A stretch of DNA of 64,000 nucleotides from Anthoceros angustus (GCA_010909165.1 VJWM01000011.1:62001-126000); one strand, 5' to 3'; positions 1 through 11,879 are shown, counted from the first letter of the stretch. The notes: generated by a model not told the origin, from the letters alone. Made by a program: numbers and translations.

Positions 1-1689
1 TGGACGGGAGATTGGACCACCAATACCGAGACGGAACCTGTGACCTTCCCAGCCCACCACGAAGGAGATAGGAGGAGGAATAGGATGGTAGGGCCGACAG
101 CGAATGGCCACCACTAATAGGGTAATAAAGACGCCGACTTGGGCGTAGTATAAGAGGGCCGAGGCCCAATAAATCATCTTCTCTGGTGTTGATGCCGCTT
201 GCACCTTGTGTGTCTTCATGCTAACGTGAGTCCCGAGTCATCGAAAGGTGCACGGCCTCCCGAGAGAGATCAAGGTCCCGTGACGGACCCTAACGTGTGG
301 TGGTGTGCAGGGAAGAGCGATCGGGACGCCAGGGCCGCCGGGGTGGACCGAACGTGAGCCGGAGGAACCCGGAGGGCGGCAGAGTCTGGACGAGAGGCCC
401 TTGAGCAACGAGGAGGTCCGGACCGTAGCCACTTCATGCTCTTTCCAAGGTTGATGAGTGAGAGTGATGAGAGGAACGGACTAAAGGAACGAGTGACGGC
501 GGGAACGATACGGACGCAAACGGGTCTCAAACGCTTGGCCACACCGCCCGCTCGTGAACGTTATGAGTAGAAGAAGAAAACGACGATTGCGTGTTAAAGT
601 TGAGCGACGCAAGGTGAGAATCGTAAACGCCGCAACGAGCTTATCATTCTCTTGGAACGGACTTTACTACAACGACACGGGATTGTGGCGCCGGCTGGTC
701 GTCCGAAAGTCGCGCCACACCGGTAACGCCCAATTAAATTGTTAATCTGCCAGGCCAGCTTCGTTCTGTGGTTGGGCTGGGGTTGGTGACCATGGTTTAG
801 GCGGGGATTGGTTTGCCCGCTTCTGACATGAAGGGGGCGTGCGCACACATTTATGTGCACAAGCCACCTTCATGCGCCCGCACGCCACCCCCGATGATGC
901 GGGCGGACTGTGGACCGTGGATGCCCCTTTATGGATGCCACACATCACCTTTCGATTTCCCCCTGGGGTGTTTTGCTTCTTGAAAAATGTCATTTCGGCA
1001 TAGGGTATTGCCAACCTGCCACCTATTTTTCGCCCATCCGTATACCTGCCGTATTTATCGTGAAAACATCTTGACGTATTTGTATGTATGAGGATTGTAT
1101 GTACGAGGATTGTATGTATTGTTCTACATATTTGGTATACACCATCTAGAATAAAAGCATTAATTCCAGAGCATTTGTAAATCGTTGTATGTATCATGCC
1201 AGGTGCTATGCACCATGCTTCATATGCATAATCTAATACTCCCGAGTGGGGTATTTGAGCTTTGTCGCTCGGATGCGCTTATGGCCTTTGGCCTTTTCCG
1301 CTCGCGACCTTCTACACACATTTGGTGCCTTGCGCCAAGGCCGTTTTCTCAGTGCATGATCCCGGCTAAGGAGGGTTCTCCCACATAGACACCAAACAGA
1401 CGATGATCCAAACAAGAAAGGGACCAATCGAACACCAATCTTACACAAGAAACCGTGTGACCGCTTGCTTTTGCCACATCTTCCCTCTTGAAGCTGCCAC
1501 GGCCCTCATACTCGCACTTCCATATGTGGGGCCACCCCTTTCGTCGAAGCAGAATTTCCCTTTCCCTTGCGGTTTTGGGTTGTCACTGACCTCGGTTCTT
1601 CCTGGAATTGTGCACTTTCAGCGTCCGAGTCACTCCCATCATTAGCCGACCTACCTCCATCTCCTGCGCCGTCTTCCTCATGACCCTCC

Positions 1690-2830
1690 TCTTCCTCCTC
1701 AGGGCATCTACCATGAGATTCTCCTTCCCTGGCTTGTACTTGATAGACACATCATACATTGCTAGGAAATTTTGCCATCTAGCTTATCTAGGACTTAGTC
1801 ACAACCAATTAGTAAAAAGGCTTGTGCTCACATTGTTTGTGTAGATCTTCATAGAAGATAGTGTCTACAAATCTTGAGACAAATGGTGACAGCAGTCATC
1901 TCCTTTTCAGAATGGGGTTCCTTTCATGTTTATGCAAGTTCCTTGACTTGTAAGCCACTTGCCTATCTTTTTGCATAAGCACTCTTCCGATTGCATAGCT
2001 GACGCATCAGTATACACTTCTATATCCTTCTTCAGATCATAGATTGCCAATACTGGGGTAAGTATTGAGTCTCATCTTCAGAAACTCGAATGCCCTCTGA
2101 CAATTTTCATTGCATTTCCAAGCCTTTGCTTTCTTCAAGAGATCAGTTAATGGGGCAACAATCTTAGCAAGTCCTCATTTGGTGCCCCAGTGTTCTTCAT
2201 GCACAAGAAGAACGGAAGATTGAGATTATGCTTGGATTTTAGAGCACTCAACGAGATAATAGTAAAGAAATCATATTCTTTGCTAAGCACCTTTGCCAAG
2301 GATGGATGACCTGTTTGACAGAATAAGTGGTGCTAAGTATTTCACCAAGCTGGATTCAATGGCATGCTATTATGAGATCTGCATTGCAGAAGAACATGAA
2401 CACGAGACTGCTTGTAGAACAAGGTATGGATCTTTTGAGTTTCTGGTCATGCCATTTGGACTCACTAATGCACCAGCCACGTTTCAGACTCTTATGAATT
2501 CTATATTCAGAAATCTCCATCCCGATACCATTTGTAGAGACAATGAATCCTAGGAAGTTTGTCCCTTTCTTAACAAAGTCACACTTTGTTTTGGTTGAGA
2601 ACAAAAAGTTTGCTCTTAATTTTTCTAACACTTTCCTCAAGTGTTAGACATGCTCTTCCAAAGTAGAATTGTATGTCATGATATCATCCAAGTAGATCAT
2701 AATACACCCATCCATCTGATAAGGTAAAGTCCATATAGAGTTAGCTGTCGCCAAAGAATGTGCATGAGGTGCGTATGTTTTTGGGATTGGCTAGCGTGTA
2801 CAAGAGATTTGTATCGATGTATCTGATCCT
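1690..2830. pseudogene. Degenerate Ty3/Gypsy RT-RNase H remnant, internally rearranged by inversions
   Basis: Plus 2172-2514: [40 protein letters not shown]. Minus 2515-2715: IYLDD..FLGFIVS. Plus 2722-2820: KVKSI..VRMFLGLAS. Minus 1690-2170: AKIVAPLTDLLKK..ARWQNFLAMYDVSIKYKPGKEN. Several stops. Confidence 0.85.
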
Positions 2831-3272
2831 AATGCTCTCTACTCCTGTCACCACCTCCCGCCTCCTCCTTATCAACTAGCTCGGCAGAAGAGGCCTTCTT
2901 AGCTTCCTTAGAGGAGACAGGTGTTCCTCTCTCCACCGCCCTATTTCCACGACTTTGTGACCTTGTCATAGGCCCTGAAACCATAGGCCGTGCTTCCTTT
3001 CTCTCGTCAAGCTCGGCCTCCCCCCCCACCTCCTCCTCATATTCCTCATGCTCCTCTTCCACCTTTGATTTTTGTGCTTTCTTATTTGCATCCTTCACCT
3101 TCTCGGTCTTCGCATAACACAAAGCCCAATTAACAGCCTTGTGCAGCAACTTCTCCAAGAGAATACTAAGCACCATGTAATGGGGGACTCTCTGTCCGTT
3201 GCACTGCGAAGGCCATTGCCCATAGACAAGAAGAGGAAGTTCATTCACGTTTGCCCACTCCTCAAGAAGCAA
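2829..3272 (-). CDS. Acidic/charged ORF fragment, probably retrotransposon accessory sequence
   Basis: 147-aa ORF with an E-rich tract and PMTRSQ motif; no recognisable domain; lies among TE remnants. Confidence 0.25.
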   Translation of the reverse strand: MLLEEWANVNELPLLVYGQWPSQCNGQRVPHYMVLSILLEKLLHKAVNWALCYAKTEKVKDANKKAQKSKVEEEHEEYEEEVGGEAELDERKEARPMVSGPMTRSQSRGNRAVERGTPVSSKEAKKASSAELVDKEEAGGGDRSREH

Positions 3273-3315
3273 CCTTGTAGTAGCCTTGAACTTATAGCCT
3301 TCGCTAGCATGATAC

Positions 3316-3405
3316 GGCTCCCCAAACCAAGTGATAACCTCAACACCACCAACAAGCTCTAGAGCTTGTTGGTGGTGTTGAGGTTATCACTTGGTTTGGG
3401 GAGCC
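3316..3405. repeat. Perfect 90-bp palindrome (45-bp arms, no spacer)
   Basis: 3316-3360 is the exact reverse complement of 3361-3405; centre is TCTAGA. Confidence 0.97.
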
Positions 3406-4109
3406 ACCGCTCAAAATGGCGTGTCCTTGACCACCGCTCGCACCGTCTGCTGGCAGACCCATATCTTCCCCTTCTGCTTCTTGGGGACCACCACGATCGG
3501 GGCTACCCACTCCGATGTCACAATAGGATAGATGATGTCCGCGCGCAAGTAAAGCTCCAGCTGTTCCCCCATATCACGTGGAATACGTATTGCATCAGTG
3601 GAAACAAAGCTGAAAGGGATAGAGGACGCTTGAAGTGTCCAAAAATTCCAATTAATTTGTCAATAAAATCAAACACTTAGATATGCAAGATATGAGAGTG
3701 ACGTAAGGGTTAGCACATATATAGTACTATATAAACAAGTCTTGACGCCTATATACGTACGTATATACGTATACAAAGGAGGCACATATGAGTACACTAA
3801 TATAATATAAGTATAACAGATGGATGTGTACATATATATGTACACATACTTACACATACTTATGTCTTGAAGCCTATAAACATATATATGTATACAGAGG
3901 ATATGCAAAGGAGGTAAAAAAGGAAGGGAAGGATAGGCCCCCGGGGGAGAGAGAGGTCATTGTTACAATCAAGTTGAAAGAGGAAGAGGGGAAGAGTATC
4001 AAATCGTTGTGATAGGGGAGGTCCTTCTCACAGTCATGATGGAGGAGGAGAAGTGAAAGAGTATAAAAAGAGTGTGATAAGGGGAGCAATAACTAGCAAG
4101 GTGAGGTGA

Positions 4110-4510
4110 GAGGAGAGAGACCAAGCATTGTGTTAAGATGAGGTGAGAAGGTGGATAAGAAAATGACACCCTGGACACCAAGCCACCAAAGAGTGTTGCA
4201 ATTTTGAAGTGGTACATGAAGTGAGAGACCAAGCATTGTGTTAGGATGGTGGGAGAAGGTGGAGAAAGAATGGACCAACTTAACACCAAGCCATCACAAC
4301 ATGTTGCAAGTTGGAAGTGGTACATAAAATTGCAACACGATAATAACAAGGGTGGGAAATTATTAACAATGCTTGTGAGAGGGTGTACCCGAAGGGGAGG
4401 TGGGAAGAGAGAGTGCCGTGTCGTGTTAAGATGGTCGCACCAAGGGATGTAACTAACAAACTTAATACCAACCCTCCAAAACATGTTGCAATGTGGAAGT
4501 GTAACAAAAA
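4110..4510. repeat. Imperfect tandem repeat, about 108-bp unit, 3-4 degenerate copies
   Basis: Recurring GAGAGACCAAGCATTGTGTTA(A/G)GATG and (A/G)TGTTGCAA..GGAAGTG blocks. Confidence 0.6.
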
Positions 4511-4559
4511 TTGAAATCATCGATCAGAAAGGTGCCCTTTTCTAGTAGGGCAAGGCACG

Positions 4560-5795
4560 ATTGCTAAGGGTTTCAAGCAACAACCAGTGCATTGACTTTG
4601 ATGAGATTTTTTCACCGAGTCAAAATGATAACTTTGCGATGTATTCTTGCTTTGGTTGCAGAATGATATGGAACTTATGATGGATGTCAAGACGGCATTC
4701 TTGCATGGTGACCTTCAAGAGAAGTCTCCATGCAAAGAACGGAAGGTTTTGTTGAGAAGGGCAAAGAGAATCTGTGGGTTATGGAAGAGCCTTTATGGTT
4801 TAAACAGGCACCCGGAAAGTGGTATCACAAGTTCCACTCATTTTATGCTTTCTCAAGGCTACAAACGAAGCGAGGGATCATTGCCTCTATACAAAGCAAG
4901 CTAAGGATCAAAGCTTGCTCATTTTGATCCTCTATGTGGATGATATGCTAATTCTTTGGGGAGCAGATCGATGAGAAAACACGCTAACCACTCCACCGCA
5001 AAGCGCAACGTGTGTAGCAATCATTGCATACATCAAACTCCCGGTGATGAGTATGGGACCTTCTCCATTTCGACTTTGTCCTCCTTAGAGCTTGGGCAAT
5101 CTGCGCTGAAAGTTTCACACATGGAGGCAATGGAGTACCCAATGGTTTCCCCTTCTCCATGTTGAAACGTTGAAGCACCCTGTTAATGTATTCCGTCTGA
5201 GACAAATAAAGCAGACACATGCCAAGTATATGGCTCACCTCTCCCAAGTCTGTCATTTCAAAGTGAGTATGTTTTGGTAGTGAAGATGCATGTGTAGTTG
5301 GGTACACAGATGCTGATTATGCAGGGGATATGGACAAAAGGAGGTCCACATCAGGTTATGTCTTCATGTGCATTGGAGGGGCAGTCTCATGGCGATCTCG
5401 TTTGCAGTCGTGCATTACGCTATCTACCACAGAGGCCGAGTATGTTGCAGCAACTGAGGCTTGCAAGGAAGCCATATGGCTTGCTCGTTTAGTGGGAGAC
5501 TTGGGGATCAAGGTTGAGCTGGCAATGTTGCATTGTGATAGCCAGAGTGCTATCCAATTGGCAAAGAATCCGGTGTTTCATGCGAAGACTAAACATGTGG
5601 ATGTGAAGTATATCACTTCATTTGAGAGGTGTTGGATGACAAGAGGGTACAACTTGTCAAGGTTCACACCAGCTAGAACCCTGCAGATATTCTTACCAAG
5701 GGATTGTCTCTGGACCAATTTGCACAGTTCGGACCGACATGGGCATGAGGTAGTCCATTCTTCTCTGAAGGTAAATTGGCCTTTAAGTGGGAGGT
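4560..5795 (+). mobile_element. Ty1/Copia remnant: RT and RNase H, 5'-truncated, followed by PPT
   Basis: MDVKTAFLHGDL, LYGLKQAP-like, LYVDDML, YTDADYAG, RRSTSGYVF, ITLSTTEAEY, CDSQSAIQLAKNPVFHAKTKH; PPT AAGTGGGAGG at 5785-5794. Confidence 0.93.
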
Positions 5796-5998
5796 TGTAA
5801 GGTATTAAAGCCCAATGTACTTAGACTAATACACTTAGTCTAAGTTGAGTGTCGATTAAGTATCATTAGTTTAGTTGAAGCTAATCACTAGGAAGCTTCT
5901 TGTGCTCCTTCCTAGTGGCTTCTTGTGGAGCTTCCTAGGGAGCCTTGTTGGAGGGTATAAATACCCTCCAAGCCTCATCTCAATGTGAGAGAGTTACA
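5796..5998 (+). repeat. Copia 3' LTR (203 bp)
   Basis: Starts TGTAA right after the PPT, ends TTACA (inverted termini), TATAAATA at 5956-5963. Confidence 0.8.
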
Positions 5999-7578
5999 CT
6001 TGCCTCCTCCTCTCCTCTCCTCTTTCCACCATCATGGGCTGCCATACGATCCTTCACACTGGCCTCACTTTCCTCCTCCCGGCTTGCTCATCGCCCGCCT
6101 CGGCCTCAGTGGGCTACTCGCCATCCGCCCCACCGCCGATCCTCGGGTCCCTGTCCGTCTTCACCGTGGTCTCGGCCTCCCACGCCGCCTTCACCTGAGC
6201 CTCCCAGGCTTGGTGTTGTTCTCGCCGAGCCTCGGCCGAGTCTCGGGCCCTTCTCGCCGGGCCTCCTCCTCCTTGTGAGCGTCCTCCGCTTGGTAAAGGT
6301 TCTCCTCCTTTAGCAGGCTTCCTGCTTGTTTGCGCAGTGCGGGACCTTAGTCAATCTTGTTGGACGGACCTCCCTCTCGCCTTGGCCTTCTCTTCTTCTA
6401 TCCCGCAGGGACCTTCTTCACAGCCGCCTTGGCCGCCTCCACTGACCACTGGAGCTCCACCATCGTCGTGGCGTGGCCTCCCCGTGGGTCTTCTCCGCCC
6501 GTTCCGAGACCCCAAAGCATACCGTCCATGACGGTTGCTAGGACCCGCCGTGTCTCTTCCACGGCCGCTGCTGGAGAGGCACCCAAGAAGTCCGTCGTGG
6601 GTGCGGGCATCTCCCGGTCAGTCGAGGACATTATCTGCTGATCGAGGGCGGACCAACATCCGGACAATCAGGGACCCTCGGTCACGAGTGTTTGATCGGA
6701 CCTTCTTTGGCCCTCTTGCCCGCTAGCTCCTTCTCCGCTCTTCTCCGCTTGGGGCTCGGAGGTGGTGAGAGTCAGAATCGCCCTCTTGCCCCTCACGGTT
6801 GGGGGCGAGCAGGCTTGGGGTGGGGCTGCCGATTGCCTCCCGCTCCATGGGCGGCGTCCTCTCGCCCTCCACGGCCTCCTCGCTTCACCACTCAGTTGGT
6901 AGGGGCAAAGGCAGGTCTTGATCTGGCGCCTGGTAGTCTTGTCTTAGCCTCTTCACTTCCCTTAGTCCGTGAGGTTCAGCAATTGGGGTCGTCGTGGGCT
7001 GCTGGCCTGCTGGCGTCGCGACCGCCAGCTCCCTTCCTGTGGCTGCCTCCTCCTGCGCAGGGTGTTCCAGTGGGGGAACCAAGAGGAGGAAAGCGGGAAT
7101 GTCCTCCCACACCTCCCTGGGTGGCGAGGGGGTTCGTTCCAGACGTATGGAGTCCGGAATCCCCTCCCATTCGTCCTCCTCCCGGACCCGCTTGGTCCGG
7201 GCCGGACGGACCTCGACCTCCTGCGTTCTTCCTTCTCGCTCCACCTCACGGTAGGCGGCTGCCTCAGTGGCGCTCCTCTTCCCCTCCTTGAGGAGGTTCA
7301 TGTGCCCCCCATGGATGATGAGCAGCGACAAGCAAACGGGGTGGCTTCTCACTTCTCGGCTTAGGGCCTCTGGTTGATTGAAGATGATCACCGATCGGTA
7401 GCGTTTCCCCTACATAAGGCGTGGAGGAACACCAGCAGATTATCCCCAAGGTGGTCCACCTTGGTAAGCATATTCCAGTGGACGATGATCTTCGCCACTG
7501 CTCGTACTCTCCTATCCAAGAGGTTCGACATCAGCCACCCGTTGGAGGATCGCTGCGTTCCTTGTCGCAAGAGGGCCG

Positions 7579-8861
7579 TGTCGCGCTACTGGCTGCATAG
7601 CGTTCAAGACACACGGGAAAATTATGTGGAGAGCGTTCACAATGACCCGCACCCAAAACAAACCCACACACGCAATGTTCACCTTAAGACTGTTCAATAC
7701 TGCCAATGGCAAAATTTCATTTCAGCTTGGATGTAGGATCCAATCCGCTCATCTACACTTCCCAAGAGCTCTCGCTGTCCAAGGAAACTTCGTTATGCTA
7801 CGTTGGGATCCGTATGGCTGCTCCCAAGAACAAACATCAGCAATCCGCTCGCTGCTGCCAACTGCTTGCTATCTTATACTGCCTAAGTGCTTAGCACGCC
7901 TTCTCTTGCCGAATCACAGGTACCCTCGCGGCGCGCCTTGACACCCTCCTGAAAAGACGGGCGATGCCACCCGTAAACGCGGCTCACAACAACTCCGCCG
8001 CAACTACGGGTGATCACGATTTCGACACCCGCTACCCACACGCGATTGTGGCCATCCTCGAACTCACATCGCGTATTCGCGCATGCACATCCATCATTCA
8101 TTCCCACCATGCATGCATGTCCATAGCGGACATACATATTCGCACATGCATGCACCCACATACCCTTCATGACACAACACGGTGTCATGGCGGTATCGCT
8201 CTTGGTGCATAGCGTTCAAGACACCGCAGGAAAATTATGTGGAGGCGTTCACAATGACCAAAACAAACCCACACACGCAATGTTCACCTTAAATTCAATC
8301 GCCAATGGCAAAATTTCATTTCGGCTTGGATGTAGGATCCAATCCGCTCATCTACACTTCCCAAGAGCTCTCATTGTCAAGGAAACTTTTATGCTACGTT
8401 GGGATCCGTATGGGCGCTCCCAGAACAAACATCGAATCCGCTGCTCGGATTGCTTGCTATCTTATCTTGCTAAGTGTGCGCCTTCTCGCGAATCACGGTA
8501 CCCTCGCGGACACCTCCACGAAAAGGCGCGTCCCGTGGCTGCGGCTCACGTGCTCACGCGCAACTACGGGTGATCACGGTTTGACACCCGCTACCCACAC
8601 GCGATTCGTGTGGCCATCCTCGAACTCACATGCGTTCGACGCCATGCACATCCATGCATGCCCACCATGCATGCATGTCCATAGCGGACATACATACCAT
8701 ATTCATGCACATGCATGCACCCCTTACCACACCGGTGTCATGGCGTTGTCGCTCACGAACTGACACACGGAAAATTATGTGGAGGCGTTCACAATGACAC
8801 ACCCAAAACAAACCCACACGCAATGTTCATCTTAAGGCATTCAAAAGCGCCAATGGCCCCC
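7579..8861 (-). repeat. Element 1 3' terminal repeat block Y-X-Y-X-Y
   Basis: In plus coordinates: Y 7579-7706, X 7707-8187, Y 8188-8305, X 8306-8740, Y 8741-8856, then a C-run (G-run on the coding strand). X matches 17089-17552. Confidence 0.8.
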
Positions 8862-8999
8862 GCCAAAGTAGCGGTGCCATTGCACTTTGATAGCACGCGG
8901 GCATCATATCCCATAAAACCTTCTATAGAACGCGAAACATACTATCACGAAGTTGGTGAGAAGGGCGTTCATGCTCTGCGTCTGTGGCCAAAGCGCCAC

Positions 9000-10300
9000 C
9001 GCCTCTCTTGGTCAGTATTCATCCACTTGTGCCTTTCCCAGCCTCTGCCGTTCTCTGGCTCGGTGGCGAGCCATAAGTTCTTCTTCCTCATCAGCCAGCT
9101 CTTGACTACTCGCCATCATGGCCCATTCAAGCCATTCACGTGTAATCTGCTTCGATACATTGGGTGCGTAAATAATCACCGACGTTGTTGTTGAGCAAGT
9201 ACCGGCCTTTCGGTTGTAGGCTCATCCCATTCTAAATTCCCGTTAGCAAGCAAGCGGTAAAAGCTCAGGGGTAGCCTATGGCGTCATCTGCTTTCTCCCG
9301 ATGTAAATGACTAAGCCACACTTTCAAGCTGCGCCAAATGCGGGTTTCTCCTGCTTATACACGAAACCCTTCCTTGGGCGGTGATCAAACACCTGATGCA
9401 TAAAGAGGTGATGCTCCAATTTGCGAAATGCCCTTCACGAGCTAGTCCACACGAACGTTTGCCTATTCATTCCCCTCCCTGCAAGTTCAAACAAATCCTT
9501 GTGGTCATATGGAAAATTTTCGACCTTGCAAGTCTCATGATGAGACTCCACATACAAAAATGCGTAATTCGGGAATGTCTAGTTCTGGTTTAGATATTTG
9601 CGAACGGAGTCGCCACTTATCTTCCCATGGCGCTCGGTGGGGCACACTATGATGCATCCTGAGCAGTCTTACATGTGTGATCTACTTCCGGATCCATTGT
9701 CAAAGCTCTACACCGGTCTCCGTTAGTCACGATGTCACAATTCCCACCCGCTCGCCGGCATGCGGTGAAGACTTCGTCGGTGGCTTTTCTACGGCCGCCA
9801 ACCCGTTGGTGTCGGCCAACCTCCATCACCCGGGAACAACCGTGCTCACAAGGGCGTTGTGCGACAGGCTCTCAACTCCACAGGTTATGAGCTTGTCTCA
9901 TCGAATCGAGCGCGACCTCAATCCACGATGACCAACAAATCACCTTGATGCAAGGATGCCACGCTTGCGATCAGTTCCTCACGATGCGGGCGCTTGATCG
10001 CGTCGTTGTTGTGCCACGGTGTCTGATGACCTCCTATCGCCAACGCCGCCCACCTTGTCTTGGCCCAATGTCGATGCTTAGTTTGCGCCTGTCCATCATG
10101 TGTGCCTCACGTGCCTTAGTGCGGAACCTCTGTGACTATTTCTGCGATAACCTAACCCTTTGCACGAACAAGTATGACCCCGTTTACGGTAGGGCTTCAA
10201 ACACTCATATCTGTGTATTGCCATCATCCAAAAACCTTTGTTATCTACCCACTGCTCTCTTTGCCCGTGGCTTGCGGGCTCTTTGCAGATAGACCCTATT
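9000..10300 (-). CDS. Unknown accessory ORF downstream of PHD, element 1 (frameshifted)
   Basis: Fragments PELRIFV, KVENFPYDHK, VWTSS*RAFRKLEHHLFMHQVFD align by eye with element 2 DELHIFI, RVEHYPTEHR, DWTSYLRGCMEEVADHFQMHQWFD. Confidence 0.6.
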
Positions 10301-10369
10301 GGGTCGTGGTTGGAACTTGCAACATTCATGAGGCACCGGCCCCTGACCACTTGATTTGCTTGTGGATGA

Positions 10370-10498
10370 GCACGGTGAGAACCATTCACCTTCCGGAATT
10401 GTTAGTGGCGGTCGCAAGCAAAAAACGTGGTACCCTCCGTTGCATTTGTCACAAAGCAACATCAGCTCAGGATCAGTAACGTGACCGCAGAACTCACA
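10370..10498 (-). CDS. PHD finger at the integrase C-terminus, element 1
   Basis: CEFCGHVTDPELMLLCDKCNGGYHVFCLRPPLTIPEGEWFSPC: C4-H-C3 pattern with the conserved W; the seventh Cys reads as S here. Confidence 0.9.
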
Positions 10499-10779
10499 AG
10501 GCAGATCAATCGGTGGTTTCCATGCCTGCGGTTGCGTTCTTGTGTCAAGATTGGGCAAGTGGCACGGTGCCAGGTGTCGCATGTGCTCTTTGCACCGACG
10601 CCCATCTTGCCCTTCCAACTCAATCACCCCTTGCTCACCGACGTGGACTACTCGCAAGATCAAACGTCCAGTGCTCACATCTAAAGTAGTTGAGGGTCGA
10701 TGCTGCAGGTAAACGAAGTCACGCCTCAAACTTCCTTGCTTTGGGTTTCCAGGATCCTCCCCTGGTGAATGCATATCGA

Positions 10780-11720
10780 AGTTGGTCCCGATGTTGGGCT
10801 ATAGCAAGATTATCCATGGCCATTGGCATCACACGTTGAAACAGCTTTGCTCTTGCTTGCAATTCCGACAAACATCCCATAGGATCCTGTGCCCAGTCCA
10901 CGGGCTTGGAATAAGTGTCTGCCACTATGTTTGGCATGATTGCATTTGCCAAACATGATATAGTAGGGGCTGAAGTTACCAAGTGCAGCTTGCACACTGA
11001 TTCGGTATCCTAGAGCCACATAAGGCAATAGCTCGTCGACAAGCGGGCTCTATCTCCATACAATATTTGCGCAGAGTCCTTGAAGGTCGGACTAAACGCC
11101 CGCCAACCCATCGACTGAGGTGATCCGGGAGGTTCGTCTGAGATCTATCAGACTTCGATCCAGCAGTGCTTGAAACTCTCCTCGAAACTCATTGCCTTGG
11201 TCGTCACTCTCGGCCCCAACTACTGAGAACACATTGCAAAAACGCCCGTGCGGTATATTGCGAACTTCTGATTGGCAGAAAGGCCAACTCCACCCACTTC
11301 GAGAAATGTTCGATCATCAACATACAATGTCTGTTGCCCTGCCTGGTGATTGGTAGTTCAGGCATTAGATCGACAGACCATCTGAAGAAAAGTCCCCTGA
11401 TGGGTAGCGAATGCAACACCACATCTTGGCTGGTGAATCTGGCCTTTACTGCATCACACGCGGCACATTTGGCCACCACCTTTTCAACGTCTGCATACAT
11501 ACCCGACCAAAAGTACGCATTTTTCAACATATGATGAGTCCGCTTCACTCCAAAGTGGCCAAGCGTGACATGTACCTTGGTCACCAATTGCCTCCTCTCT
11601 CCTATGGGTGGTACTTCCTTGAGTACTCCACGATCCGTTACCCACACCTTACCGTTTTCATAAGTGTAGTGACGATTTTCCGTTGTAGTTTGCTTGAGGC
11701 ATCCATACGGTGACATCCAT
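10780..11720 (-). CDS. Gypsy integrase, element 1
   Basis: HVTLGHFG..YFWSGM..CAAC zinc finger; RWSVDLMPEL..IEHFSKW core; later ELLPYVALGYRISVQAALGNFSPYYIMFG. Confidence 0.92.
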
Positions 11721-11879
11721 CCGGCGTGTTGTGCTCATTCTTCCATATGTCTCTTCCTCCTCCCGGTTGCCTTCCATCTTCCTTACGTGACATCGAGGCC
11801 ATGTAATAAGCGGGCATGCTTTGAATGAGTTTAAAGTCTGCCTTGCTCCAGTCACATCTCCTTTGTCGCACATTGGGTT

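Noticed and set aside
1-1650. Short ORFs and an LTR-like TATA/AATAAA tract at the window start
   Set aside because: No partner repeat, PBS or recognisable domain; cannot be classified.
5945-7391. Many long overlapping plus-strand ORFs (Pro/Ser/Leu-rich) here and in other GC-rich TE parts
   Set aside because: Antisense shadows of GC-rich TE coding sequence with no domain signal.
9300-9700. Possible second (amino-) methyltransferase after the PHD finger
   Set aside because: No convincing FxGxG or (D/N/S)PP(Y/F) motif in any frame; the region instead aligns with the unknown ORF of element 2.
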